Positions 24,431 to 31,415 of a DNA stretch of 31,422 nucleotides are shown here, in pieces; within the stretch, counting starts at the first letter, position 1, and each line of letters opens with the position of its first letter. The DNA is from a virus, in the IMG/VR virus record IMGVR_UViG_3300017978_000047, positions 1-31,422 of that record; one strand, 5' to 3'. The notes beneath the pieces were generated by a model that saw nothing but the letters and a program-made list of their open reading frames with translations, was not told where the DNA came from and searched no databases. The translations under genes were made by a program, and so were the position numbers.

Positions 24431-24620
24431 AGATGCAACAATAAAGATATTCAGTAAAATACAATCACTAGAAAGAGATCTACAATGGATTTACAGTGAA
24501 TATTTTAATGAACAGTTAAATGATGATCAGTTTATGGCAATGGTAGATTCTACAGAAAGAGATATACAGATTCATTATTACATCTACAATTTAATAATTA
24601 ATGATGCAAGACAAAACTAA
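24423..24620 (+). CDS. hypothetical protein
   Basis: 65-aa ORF overlapping the previous gene by 8 nt. Confidence 0.65.
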   Translation: MNEDATIKIFSKIQSLERDLQWIYSEYFNEQLNDDQFMAMVDSTERDIQIHYYIYNLIINDARQN

Positions 24621-24626
24621 TAGACT

Positions 24627-25340
24627 ATGGTAATATTATTTGATGCTGATAGCTTGATATTTTCAAGTTGTTATAAGAAAAAAGAAAGTGTTGATGATGA
24701 TAAATATCATAAAAACATTGAAGATGTTATAGCTAAATTTGATGAAGTGTTTATGTCTATAATAAACCACTTAGAAGAATTGTACGAGATCAATGAAGTT
24801 AAAACATTTTCTGGTAGTAAAGGAAACTTTAGAAAGTATATCACAAAGAAATACAAAGCCAATAGAGACTACAATAATTTACCACCATTATTAAATGAGA
24901 TGCATTCATTTGTTAAAGAGCAATACAATTCAATATTTGGATATGGATGTGAGACAGATGATGTAGTAGCAAAGTATTGGTATGAACTATCAAAAGAAAT
25001 AGGAAGAGACAATGTTATAATAGTTTCAATAGATAAAGACTATAAACAATTTCCTTGTTTGATGTATAACTATCACGCTAAGCATAGAGAGATATATGAC
25101 ATATCAGAAGAAGAAGCAATGTATAACTTTTATGAGCAAATGATAATAGGAGACACTGCGGATAATGTAAACTACTGTAAAGGATATGGTAAAAAGTTTG
25201 CAGAGAAGTATTTAAAAGATTGTAAGAGTCAATATCAATACACTAAAAAAATATACTTACTATTTAAAAAGATACATAAAGGAAAAGCAAGACAGAGATA
25301 CATTGAATGTTGGAACTTATTAAAACTAAAAACAGAATAA
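24627..25340 (+). CDS. 5'-3' exonuclease / flap endonuclease (FEN, PIN-like)
   Basis: ILFDADSLIF, YKANRD, GCETDDVVA, IVSIDKDYKQ and IIGDTADNV follow the order of acidic motifs in T5 D15 / T4 RNase H type 53EXO nucleases. Confidence 0.8.
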   Translation: MVILFDADSLIFSSCYKKKESVDDDKYHKNIEDVIAKFDEVFMSIINHLEELYEINEVKTFSGSKGNFRKYITKKYKANRDYNNLPPLLNEMHSFVKEQYNSIFGYGCETDDVVAKYWYELSKEIGRDNVIIVSIDKDYKQFPCLMYNYHAKHREIYDISEEEAMYNFYEQMIIGDTADNVNYCKGYGKKFAEKYLKDCKSQYQYTKKIYLLFKKIHKGKARQRYIECWNLLKLKTE

Positions 25341-25341
25341 A

Positions 25342-25839
25342 ATGGAAGAAAAGATAATAGAAATAATCAAAGAAGAATTACAGGTAGATATAACTCAAGA
25401 ATGTAGAAAGAGAGAGATAATAGAAGCTCGTGCCTTATACTTTTATTTAGTAAAGCAATTATACCCAAAAAGAAGTTTACAATCGATAGGAGATAGTTTA
25501 AACAAGAACCACGCAACTGTGATACATTCTTTAAAGAACTATAGTCTATATGAAGAATACAATCCTAAGTTATCAGAATTAAAGAATACAATTTTAAATA
25601 TAACTACTGATGCTAAAGATACAACAGATGTAAACCAATTACAGATAATAGAATTTAAAAGAAGAATATTTGAATTAGAAAACAATCTTGATAAAGAAAG
25701 AAACAGACCAAGATACGAACACAGAATAACTGAATTATTAGAAAACCTTTTAATAGACACTAAAGGAACTGAACAACACGAGTTGATCACTTTAAGATTA
25801 GAAGCATTCTATTCAATGAATAAAAATATAAGATTATGA
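25342..25839 (+). CDS. DnaA C-terminal-domain-like helix-turn-helix protein
   Basis: KREIIEARALYFYLVKQLYPKRSLQSIGDSLNKNHATVIHSLKN matches the DnaA domain IV pattern (R..v.aR..amYL...l...S...IG..f...HsTV.ha). The C-terminal half looks like a coiled coil. Confidence 0.65.
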   Translation: MEEKIIEIIKEELQVDITQECRKREIIEARALYFYLVKQLYPKRSLQSIGDSLNKNHATVIHSLKNYSLYEEYNPKLSELKNTILNITTDAKDTTDVNQLQIIEFKRRIFELENNLDKERNRPRYEHRITELLENLLIDTKGTEQHELITLRLEAFYSMNKNIRL

Positions 25840-26042
25840 CACTAAAAGAAAAGTTTTTTGATATTTATACTAGTTATTACAAGAAAAGTAATGAGTTAGA
25901 TAAGATGGTTGAGGTAGCAGATGATTACGCTATTGAGTTTGCGAATTACTATGAAGAAGTTTTGGCAAGTGGAGATTATAATTTAATTGACAAAGATAAA
26001 AAAGAACTATTAGAAATATTTAAAAAAGAAAAAGGATTATGA
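25836..26042 (+). CDS. hypothetical protein
   Basis: 68-aa ORF with ATGA overlaps at both ends. Confidence 0.65.
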   Translation: MTLKEKFFDIYTSYYKKSNELDKMVEVADDYAIEFANYYEEVLASGDYNLIDKDKKELLEIFKKEKGL

Positions 26043-26245
26043 AATCAAAAGAAATAAGATACGAAGTTTTATTTAATAAAACAAAAAAAATGGTTATTAG
26101 TATAAATAAAAGAGATTTATTGCAAGATTATAAAGACTACGTTGATATTAGAAAACATATTGGATTACATAAAAGCGTTAATTTAAGAACTTATGTTTTA
26201 GGAAGAATACAAGATATAATCAAATCAACTTTTATACAATATTAA
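26039..26245 (+). CDS. hypothetical protein
   Basis: 68-aa basic ORF. Confidence 0.65.
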   Translation: MKSKEIRYEVLFNKTKKMVISINKRDLLQDYKDYVDIRKHIGLHKSVNLRTYVLGRIQDIIKSTFIQY

Positions 26246-26247
26246 TT

Positions 26248-26625
26248 ATGAAGATTACAGAAATAATAGAAATATTAAGAAACGATAACACGTCTTACCT
26301 ATGGGATTTACCAAAACCTAAATGGGAAGCAATAGACTATTATAATCTAAATCAAATTAAACAAGGTAACGATTACAAAAACAAAAAGAAAGTGCTTGAC
26401 TTTGTAGAACTATCTGATAAGAGTTTAAAGATGCAGAAAGAACAACAACACAGAATGAAACCAATAAGAAGAAAGTCTGATGGTAAAATATTTAGCGGTA
26501 TGATACAACTATGTAGGGAAACAGGTATTAATCGTTCTTCATTATCTTTAGCTTTGAATAACAGACCTAATGGATTGCAGAAATACAAAGATGAATATGA
26601 ATTTATATCAAATCAAAATAATTAA
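26248..26625 (+). CDS. hypothetical protein with a possible NUMOD1-like DNA-binding helix-turn-helix
   Basis: 125 aa. RRKSDGKIFSGMIQLCRETGINRSSLSLALNN resembles the short HTH modules attached to homing endonucleases. No nuclease domain is present. Confidence 0.4.
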   Translation: MKITEIIEILRNDNTSYLWDLPKPKWEAIDYYNLNQIKQGNDYKNKKKVLDFVELSDKSLKMQKEQQHRMKPIRRKSDGKIFSGMIQLCRETGINRSSLSLALNNRPNGLQKYKDEYEFISNQNN

Positions 26626-26637
26626 AACAAATAAGAT

Positions 26638-26760
26638 ATGAGAAATACATCATTAAGCAACAATAAATCAATAAATTCTATTGGTTTTATAAAAGATGTT
26701 CCTGCAACAATTATTTACGATTATAGTACTAAATGTTTTGAACAACTTAAATACAAATAA
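26638..26760 (+). CDS. small hypothetical protein (40 aa) bracketed by 15-bp direct repeats
   Basis: MRNTSLSNNKSINSIGFIKDVPATIIYDYSTKCFEQLKYK. The ATG lies inside repeat copy 1 (26627..26641) and the stop lies inside copy 2 (26753..26767). Confidence 0.4.
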   Translation: MRNTSLSNNKSINSIGFIKDVPATIIYDYSTKCFEQLKYK

Positions 26761-26763
26761 GAT

Positions 26764-27000
26764 ATGACAGCAGTAGAATGGTTTGTTAATGAAATTAAAA
26801 TAGCAAGAAAACTATGTGATGACCAAAGTATGGAAATGGATATTTGGCACACATTGGATATACTAATTGCTAAAGGAGAAAAAGCTAAAGAAATAGAAAA
26901 GCAACAAATTATTGATGCTTATAGCGAAGGAGATATTAATGGAATAATGGATAATAGAAAAATGGCAGAACAATACTACAACGAAACATTTAACAAGTAA
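26764..27000 (+). CDS. hypothetical protein
   Basis: 78-aa ORF ending AEQYYNETFNK. Confidence 0.7.
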   Translation: MTAVEWFVNEIKIARKLCDDQSMEMDIWHTLDILIAKGEKAKEIEKQQIIDAYSEGDINGIMDNRKMAEQYYNETFNK

Positions 27001-27003
27001 TAA

Positions 27004-27219
27004 ATGGAACCACAAGAAAAAGCTAAACAAATATTAAATAAATTTTGGAATAAATTTGATCTATTTAATGAAGAAGCGAAAGTATGCGCTTTAGTATCAG
27101 TTGATGAGATAATAATTCAGTGGGAATATATAGATACTTATTTATCAGATTTAGGAGGAGAATTAAATCCTAACCTTAAGTATTGGTATAAAGTTAAAAA
27201 AGAATTAGAAAGTCTATGA
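27004..27219 (+). CDS. hypothetical protein
   Basis: 71-aa ORF. Confidence 0.7.
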   Translation: MEPQEKAKQILNKFWNKFDLFNEEAKVCALVSVDEIIIQWEYIDTYLSDLGGELNPNLKYWYKVKKELESL

Positions 27220-27371
27220 AACCAATACATAAATTTAATAATGGCAATGGAGCTACATTGTGTCACTGTTGTAGTAAAATAATTTCAATTGGTTTTACTG
27301 ATGATCTATATTGTAGTAAAAAATGTGAATCAAAACATAGAGCAAAAATATTAATGGCATTAAAAGGTTAA
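27216..27371 (+). CDS. small zinc-finger-like protein (51 aa, FCS/TRASH-like CxCC...YCSKKC)
   Basis: MKPIHKFNNGNGATLCHCCSKIISIGFTDDLYCSKKCESKHRAKILMALKG. There is an ATGA overlap with the upstream stop. It is below the track cutoff. Confidence 0.5.
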   Translation: MKPIHKFNNGNGATLCHCCSKIISIGFTDDLYCSKKCESKHRAKILMALKG

Positions 27372-27405
27372 ACAACTATAAGAAATAGTTATTATAATTT
27401 CAATA

Positions 27406-27687
27406 ATGATATTAAATGATTATACTATGGAAGATAAAAGAAAATTCAACGGTGGTAATAAAAACGCAGGCAGAAAGCCTAAAGCAGAAGAGGTAGCTTT
27501 AATTGAGAAGTTAACTCCATTAGAACCATTAGCATTTGCAGCATTGGAAAAAGGATTAGAGAAGGGTGATTTTAAATTCACTCAATTGTTCTATAACTAT
27601 TATGCAGGTAAACCAAGAGAAACAAAAGATGTAACTCTTACAACAGAGCAACCTATATTCAACTTAGAAGATTTAGGAGACATATAA
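27406..27687 (+). CDS. terminase small subunit (candidate)
   Basis: 93 aa, directly upstream of terL. It has a basic N-terminus (FNGGNKNAGRKPKAEE). The assignment is by position only, and an alternative start exists at 27427. Confidence 0.4.
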   Translation: MILNDYTMEDKRKFNGGNKNAGRKPKAEEVALIEKLTPLEPLAFAALEKGLEKGDFKFTQLFYNYYAGKPRETKDVTLTTEQPIFNLEDLGDI

Positions 27688-27696
27688 GCAACGATA

Positions 27697-28863
27697 ATGG
27701 AATTCATAGTAACTACAGCTTTAAAGAAGTTATTGCGTCTTAAAAAGCGTATAAAGGTTGTTAGAGGCGGTACATCTGCTTCCAAGACCTTTTCTATTTT
27801 GCCTATATTAATAGATAGAGCAATTAAGACACCAAATTTAGAGATTAGTGTAGTATCTGAATCTATACCGCATTTACGTAGAGGAGCTTTAAAAGACTTC
27901 TTAAAAATAATGATGGCATTGGGTAGGTATAACGATAATCAATTTAATAAGTCTACTCTAAAGTATGTATTTGGCAATGGTAGTTATATTGAATTCTTTT
28001 CAGTTGATCAACCTGATAAATTAAGAGGGGCGAGAAGGAATGTTCTATATGTGAATGAGTGTAACAATGTAGACTTCGATTCATATTATCAATTAGCTAT
28101 TAGAACGAGTGGAGAGATATGGTTAGATTATAACCCATCAAGTTTATTTTGGGTAGATAAAGAAATAATATCTCAGGATGACGTAGATTTTATCACGTTA
28201 ACATATTTGGATAATGAAGCATTACCTGAAACAATTGTAAAAGAAATTGAATCAGCTAAGGTTAAAGCATTGACTTCAGCTTATTGGGCAAATTGGTGGC
28301 AAGTATATGGGTTAGGATTAACAGGATCATTGGAAGGTGTGTGTATTCCTGATTGGCAAGAAATCAATTTACCAAACGAAGCACGTTTATTATGTTATGG
28401 TATGGACTGGGGTTATTCAAACGACCCAACAAGTTTAATTGCAATGTACAAATACAATGATGCTTATATATTTGATGAATTAATATATCAGAAAGGTTTA
28501 TTGAATTCAGACATTAGTGATTTATTAAAAACAAATGGTGTTCAAGATATAATCTATGCTGATAGTGCTGAACCAAAATCAATAGCTGAATTAAATAGTT
28601 ATGGTCACAATGTGTTACCTGTAAGCAAAGGCAGAGATAGTATCGTATATGGTTTGAATTTAATTAATCAAAACAAAGTTTATGTAACATCAAGAAGCAA
28701 GAATTTAATCAATGAATTGCGAAATTATATTTGGATGACAGATAAACAAGGTAATAAATTAAACAAACCTATTGATGCTTACAATCACGCTATAGATGCA
28801 ATGCGTTACGCTATAACATCACAGTTAGAAAATACAAACAAAGGTACATATTACGTTTATTAA
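27697..28863 (+). CDS. terL: terminase large subunit (PBSX/TIGR01547-like)
   Basis: Walker A is VVRGGTSASKT and the Walker B region is VLYVNECNNV. The nuclease-domain motifs are GMDWGYSNDPTSL, YADSAEPKSI and AYNHAIDAMRYA. Confidence 0.9.
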   Translation: MEFIVTTALKKLLRLKKRIKVVRGGTSASKTFSILPILIDRAIKTPNLEISVVSESIPHLRRGALKDFLKIMMALGRYNDNQFNKSTLKYVFGNGSYIEFFSVDQPDKLRGARRNVLYVNECNNVDFDSYYQLAIRTSGEIWLDYNPSSLFWVDKEIISQDDVDFITLTYLDNEALPETIVKEIESAKVKALTSAYWANWWQVYGLGLTGSLEGVCIPDWQEINLPNEARLLCYGMDWGYSNDPTSLIAMYKYNDAYIFDELIYQKGLLNSDISDLLKTNGVQDIIYADSAEPKSIAELNSYGHNVLPVSKGRDSIVYGLNLINQNKVYVTSRSKNLINELRNYIWMTDKQGNKLNKPIDAYNHAIDAMRYAITSQLENTNKGTYYVY

Positions 28864-29012
28864 TGACATACGCACAAATAATAGCTACAATACAATGCTA
28901 CATTCACCACGTTAAAGGGATTGAAGTATCAATTAACCTACCGAGAAACATTGGTGAAATAAAAAAGATGCAGAAAATGTATTTAATTGCTGAAGAATAT
29001 TTGAAAGTATAA
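28863..29012 (+). CDS. small hypothetical protein (49 aa)
   Basis: MTYAQIIATIQCYIHHVKGIEVSINLPRNIGEIKKMQKMYLIAEEYLKV. There is a TAATG overlap with the terL stop. Confidence 0.4.
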   Translation: MTYAQIIATIQCYIHHVKGIEVSINLPRNIGEIKKMQKMYLIAEEYLKV

Positions 29013-29056
29013 ATGTTAAAGTTTTGTTAAAATATTAACACGTTTAATTTTTGTGT

Positions 29057-29064
29057 TATATTTG
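29057..29064 (+). promoter_or_regulatory. Bacteroidota-type -7 promoter box TATATTTG
   Basis: Matches TAnnTTTG within GTTATATTTGCTATAA, 24 nt upstream of the ATG at 29089. Confidence 0.5.
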
Positions 29065-29088
29065 CTATAACATTAAACAAATATAATT

Positions 29089-29310
29089 ATGAAAACTACA
29101 TTAGATTTTACAATTGAAGAACAAGATTTGAGAATTTTATTTTTAAAAATGCCACAATACAAATTATCACCACAAGGTTTTGAAGCATTTAAAAAAGAGT
29201 GCAAAGAAGGTTATGTATCTTATTTTAATAGAAATACAAATAATTTAACAAAGTATGGAGAACCAAAAACATATTCACAATGGATTAACGCTCAAATAAT
29301 AGTTTTATAA
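29089..29310 (+). CDS. hypothetical protein
   Basis: 73-aa ORF starting MKTTLDF. It is the first ORF after the promoter box. Confidence 0.65.
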   Translation: MKTTLDFTIEEQDLRILFLKMPQYKLSPQGFEAFKKECKEGYVSYFNRNTNNLTKYGEPKTYSQWINAQIIVL

Positions 29311-29312
29311 TT

Positions 29313-29426
29313 ATGGAATACTACGACTATCAAAATGAATATCCTGAAAATGAATGCAGGTATTGTGGTGAAGCTTGTGAAAACGCATATTGCGATAAGC
29401 AATGTGAACGAGCAGATGAAGATTAG
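29313..29426 (+). CDS. small zinc-finger-like protein (37 aa, CxxC...YCDKQC)
   Basis: MEYYDYQNEYPENECRYCGEACENAYCDKQCERADED. It starts 2 nt after the previous stop and shares the YC-x-K-x-CE ending with ORF 27216..27371. Confidence 0.45.
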   Translation: MEYYDYQNEYPENECRYCGEACENAYCDKQCERADED

Positions 29427-29449
29427 GTTTTAAATAAGTTGGTTAAAGA

Positions 29450-29475
29450 GGTGGTCAGAAATGGCTGCCTTTTTT
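29450..29475 (+). terminator. putative rho-independent terminator (wobble-rich stem)
   Basis: GGTGGTC (29450..29456) pairs with GGCTGCC (29463..29469) through three G-U pairs, followed by T6. Confidence 0.45.
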
Positions 29476-29476
29476 G

Positions 29477-29578
29477 TTATATGCTATTACGTATAAAAAT
29501 GCAACATAACGCATAATTATATGCACAAACGTATAGATGTATAGTTTTACCAACACTAAATGCTTTATAACGCATTAA
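29477..29578 (+). repeat. composite A-B-A-B direct repeat array in the 247-nt non-coding region before the tail operon
   Basis: A1 is TTATATGCtattACGTATA (29477..29495) and A2 is TTATATGCacaaACGTATA (29517..29535). B1 is AAATGCaacATAACGCATAA (29497..29516) and B2 is AAATGCtttATAACGCATTAA (29558..29578). Each B unit contains ATGC-N8-GCAT. Confidence 0.8.
29528..29540 (+). promoter_or_regulatory. candidate late-gene box AACGTATAGATGT
   Basis: Third match to AACG[TA]A[TA]AGA[TA][GT]T. It overlaps repeat A2. Confidence 0.2.
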
Positions 29579-29673
29579 TGATTGTTATTACACACAAAAC
29601 AAGCTATATTGTGTTAAATAACGGACACTTAATACAATAATGTAAAATATTTATTAATAAAGAAAAAACAACA

Positions 29674-30351
29674 ATGAAGATAGAATTAACAATACCAACT
29701 TCACTATCAGAAATAAAGTTGGTGCAGTATCAAAAGTTTTTAGCTATTGCAAAAGACAATGAAGAAAGTGAATTCTTGCAGCAGAAAATGGTGCAATTGT
29801 TTTGTGGTATAGATTTAAAAGATGTGGCACAGATTAGATATAAAGATGTAGCTGAAATTACTGCTAACATTAACAATCTATTCAACAAAGAAAATAGGTT
29901 TATACAACGCTTTAAAATGGGTGGTGTAGAGTTTGGATTCATACCTAACCTTGATGAGATGTCTACAGGTGAATATATGGATTTGGATAATTACATTACT
30001 GATTGGGACACTATGCATAATGCAATGGCTGTATTGTATAGACCAATTACAAATAAGTTAGGAAACAAATACGAGATAGAACAATATCAAGGTTCTATTA
30101 CATATGCTGATGTAATGAAACACGCACCATTGGATGTGGTTCTTGGTGCTATGGTTTTTTTTTACAATTTAGGGAACGACTTATTAAGCAGTACGATAAA
30201 CTATTTGGAGGAGAATCCGGAGGTGCAGAATATTCTGAACAAGCACAATTTGGAAAACGTTGGGGATGGTATTCAAGTATCTATGCTCTTGCTCAAGGAA
30301 ACGTTAGAAGATTTGATGAAGTTTCCAAGTTACCCGTACACCAAAGTTTAA
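29674..30351 (+). CDS. tail assembly chaperone, frame-0 product (225 aa)
   Basis: The pattern FGFIPNLDEMSTGEYMDLDNYITDWDTMHNAMAVLYRPI resembles tail assembly chaperone families. It contains a T9 slippery tract with an open -1 frame downstream. Confidence 0.6.
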   Translation: MKIELTIPTSLSEIKLVQYQKFLAIAKDNEESEFLQQKMVQLFCGIDLKDVAQIRYKDVAEITANINNLFNKENRFIQRFKMGGVEFGFIPNLDEMSTGEYMDLDNYITDWDTMHNAMAVLYRPITNKLGNKYEIEQYQGSITYADVMKHAPLDVVLGAMVFFYNLGNDLLSSTINYLEENPEVQNILNKHNLENVGDGIQVSMLLLKETLEDLMKFPSYPYTKV

Positions 30352-30416
30352 CTTGGTTGACTTTTGAAAAAGAAAAGACTGATATAGAAATGAAATTAAT
30401 AAATAAAAATAAGTAA
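29674..30416 (+). CDS. tail assembly chaperone, -1 shifted long form (join 29674..30162 and 30162..30416; 247 aa)
   Basis: After the slip the reading is ...MVFF-LQFRERLIKQYDKLFGGESGGAEYSEQAQFGKRWGWYSSIYALAQGNVRRFDEVSKLPVHQSLTWLTFEKEKTDIEMKLINKNK. Its TAA (30414..30416) overlaps the ATG of the next gene (TAATG). Confidence 0.55.
30155..30163 (+). other. T9 slippery tract (T_TTT_TTT at 30156..30162): candidate -1 ribosomal frameshift or transcriptional slippage site
   Basis: Frame 0 reads ATG GTT TTT TTT TAC. The -1 frame is open from 30111 to 30416 with no start codon in its first 82 codons. Confidence 0.6.
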
Positions 30417-30871
30417 TGAAAGGATTTTACCAAATAAGCCAAGCAATCAAAGACCAATTAGATGCTGATGCTTTTGTAAATACTGTTACCATTGGTGATA
30501 TATTCAAAGTAGACTTGAACAAGCAGACTATATTCCCTTTGTCACATATAATGATTAATTCAGCAGCTTATAACGGAAGTACTTTTAACTATAGTATTTC
30601 TGTTTTATGTATGGATATTGTAGATGAATCTAAAGAAGAAGTAGAAGATATATTTGTAGGTAATGACAACGAGCAGGATGTGTTAAATACACAACAAATG
30701 GTTGCAACAAGATTACTTGAAATGTTAAGGCGTGGTGATTTATTTGATGATGGTTACCAACTGCAGGATGGTGCAAGTATAGAATACTTTGTAGACAGAT
30801 TTGAAAATAAGATTGCAGGAGTAACTGTTACTATGAATGTGATCGCACAAAATGATATGACTATTTGCTAA
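30416..30871 (+). CDS. putative tail completion / neck protein
   Basis: 151 aa. It sits between the chaperone and a gp10-like protein. The pattern QTIFPLSHIMINS loosely resembles DUF3168/gpU-like tail-completion proteins. Confidence 0.35.
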   Translation: MKGFYQISQAIKDQLDADAFVNTVTIGDIFKVDLNKQTIFPLSHIMINSAAYNGSTFNYSISVLCMDIVDESKEEVEDIFVGNDNEQDVLNTQQMVATRLLEMLRRGDLFDDGYQLQDGASIEYFVDRFENKIAGVTVTMNVIAQNDMTIC

Positions 30872-30872
30872 T

Positions 30873-31415
30873 ATGGCACAAGAATTAAAAGAAGTTCAAC
30901 AAGTATTAAAACGCTTTAAAGATTACGTTATACAACAGAGTAGAAGCAATCTATCTAAAGGCGGTAAGAACGTTTCTAAGGAGCTATATAATAGTTTGAA
31001 GGGTGAAATACTAACTGAAGATGATTATTCAATTGTGGGCTTCTCTATGGCTGAATATGGGGCTTACCAAGATCAAGGGGTTCGTGGTAAATCAAGTTCA
31101 TTAAAAGCGCCTAAAAGTCCATTTAGATTCGGATCAGGTACAGGTAAAAAAGGTGGTTTAACTAATAGCATATTAAAATGGGTACAAGCGAAAGGTTTTC
31201 AGTTCCGAAACAAAGAGAATGGGAAATTTATGAGTTACAAGCAGACAGGGTATCTTATATCTCGAAGTATTTTTCACAAAGGAATTAAACCAAGTTTATT
31301 TTTTACAAAACCTTTTGAAGCAGGATATAAGAAATACATAGACACTGATTTAATGAAGGCATTCGGTCAAGATGTAGAAACAATGGTAGATTATAATTTA
31401 AAAGATATAAAATAA
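30873..31415 (+). CDS. HK97 gp10-like head-tail joining protein (candidate)
   Basis: 180 aa. EYGAYQDQGVRG and GIKPSLFFTKPFE resemble the Y..y.E.G and p.pFl.PA motifs of the gp10 family. Its end lies in the terminal overlap, and the next gene starts 2 nt later across the junction. Confidence 0.45.
   Translation: MAQELKEVQQVLKRFKDYVIQQSRSNLSKGGKNVSKELYNSLKGEILTEDDYSIVGFSMAEYGAYQDQGVRGKSSSLKAPKSPFRFGSGTGKKGGLTNSILKWVQAKGFQFRNKENGKFMSYKQTGYLISRSIFHKGIKPSLFFTKPFEAGYKKYIDTDLMKAFGQDVETMVDYNLKDIK

Noticed and set aside
27374-27390. Hairpin AACTAT-aagaa-ATAGTT upstream of the terS candidate, considered as a terminator
   Set aside because: The stem is only 6 bp and almost all A-T, with no following T tract. 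It is too weak to call.
29500-29533. TGCAAC ... CGTA, resembling the -35/-10 pair of some ECF sigma promoters, within the repeat array
   Set aside because: The spacer is 24 nt, whereas ECF promoters need about 16-17 nt. No other pairing of AAC and CGT elements in the array gave the right spacing, so I do not call a promoter from this.
8047-29942. The remaining minus-strand ORFs of 60-226 aa (8047..8229, 8248..8451, 10899..11114, 11542..11811, 14745..15110, 15220..15555, 16353..16571, 17181..17861, 19149..19376, 22215..22397, 25539..25790, 26373..26588, 27600..27785, 29730..29942)
   Set aside because: Each lies fully inside a well-supported + strand gene with recognisable motifs (for example ERF, endolysin, holin, terL). 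Their compositions are hydrophobic and low-complexity. They are shadows of the coding strand.
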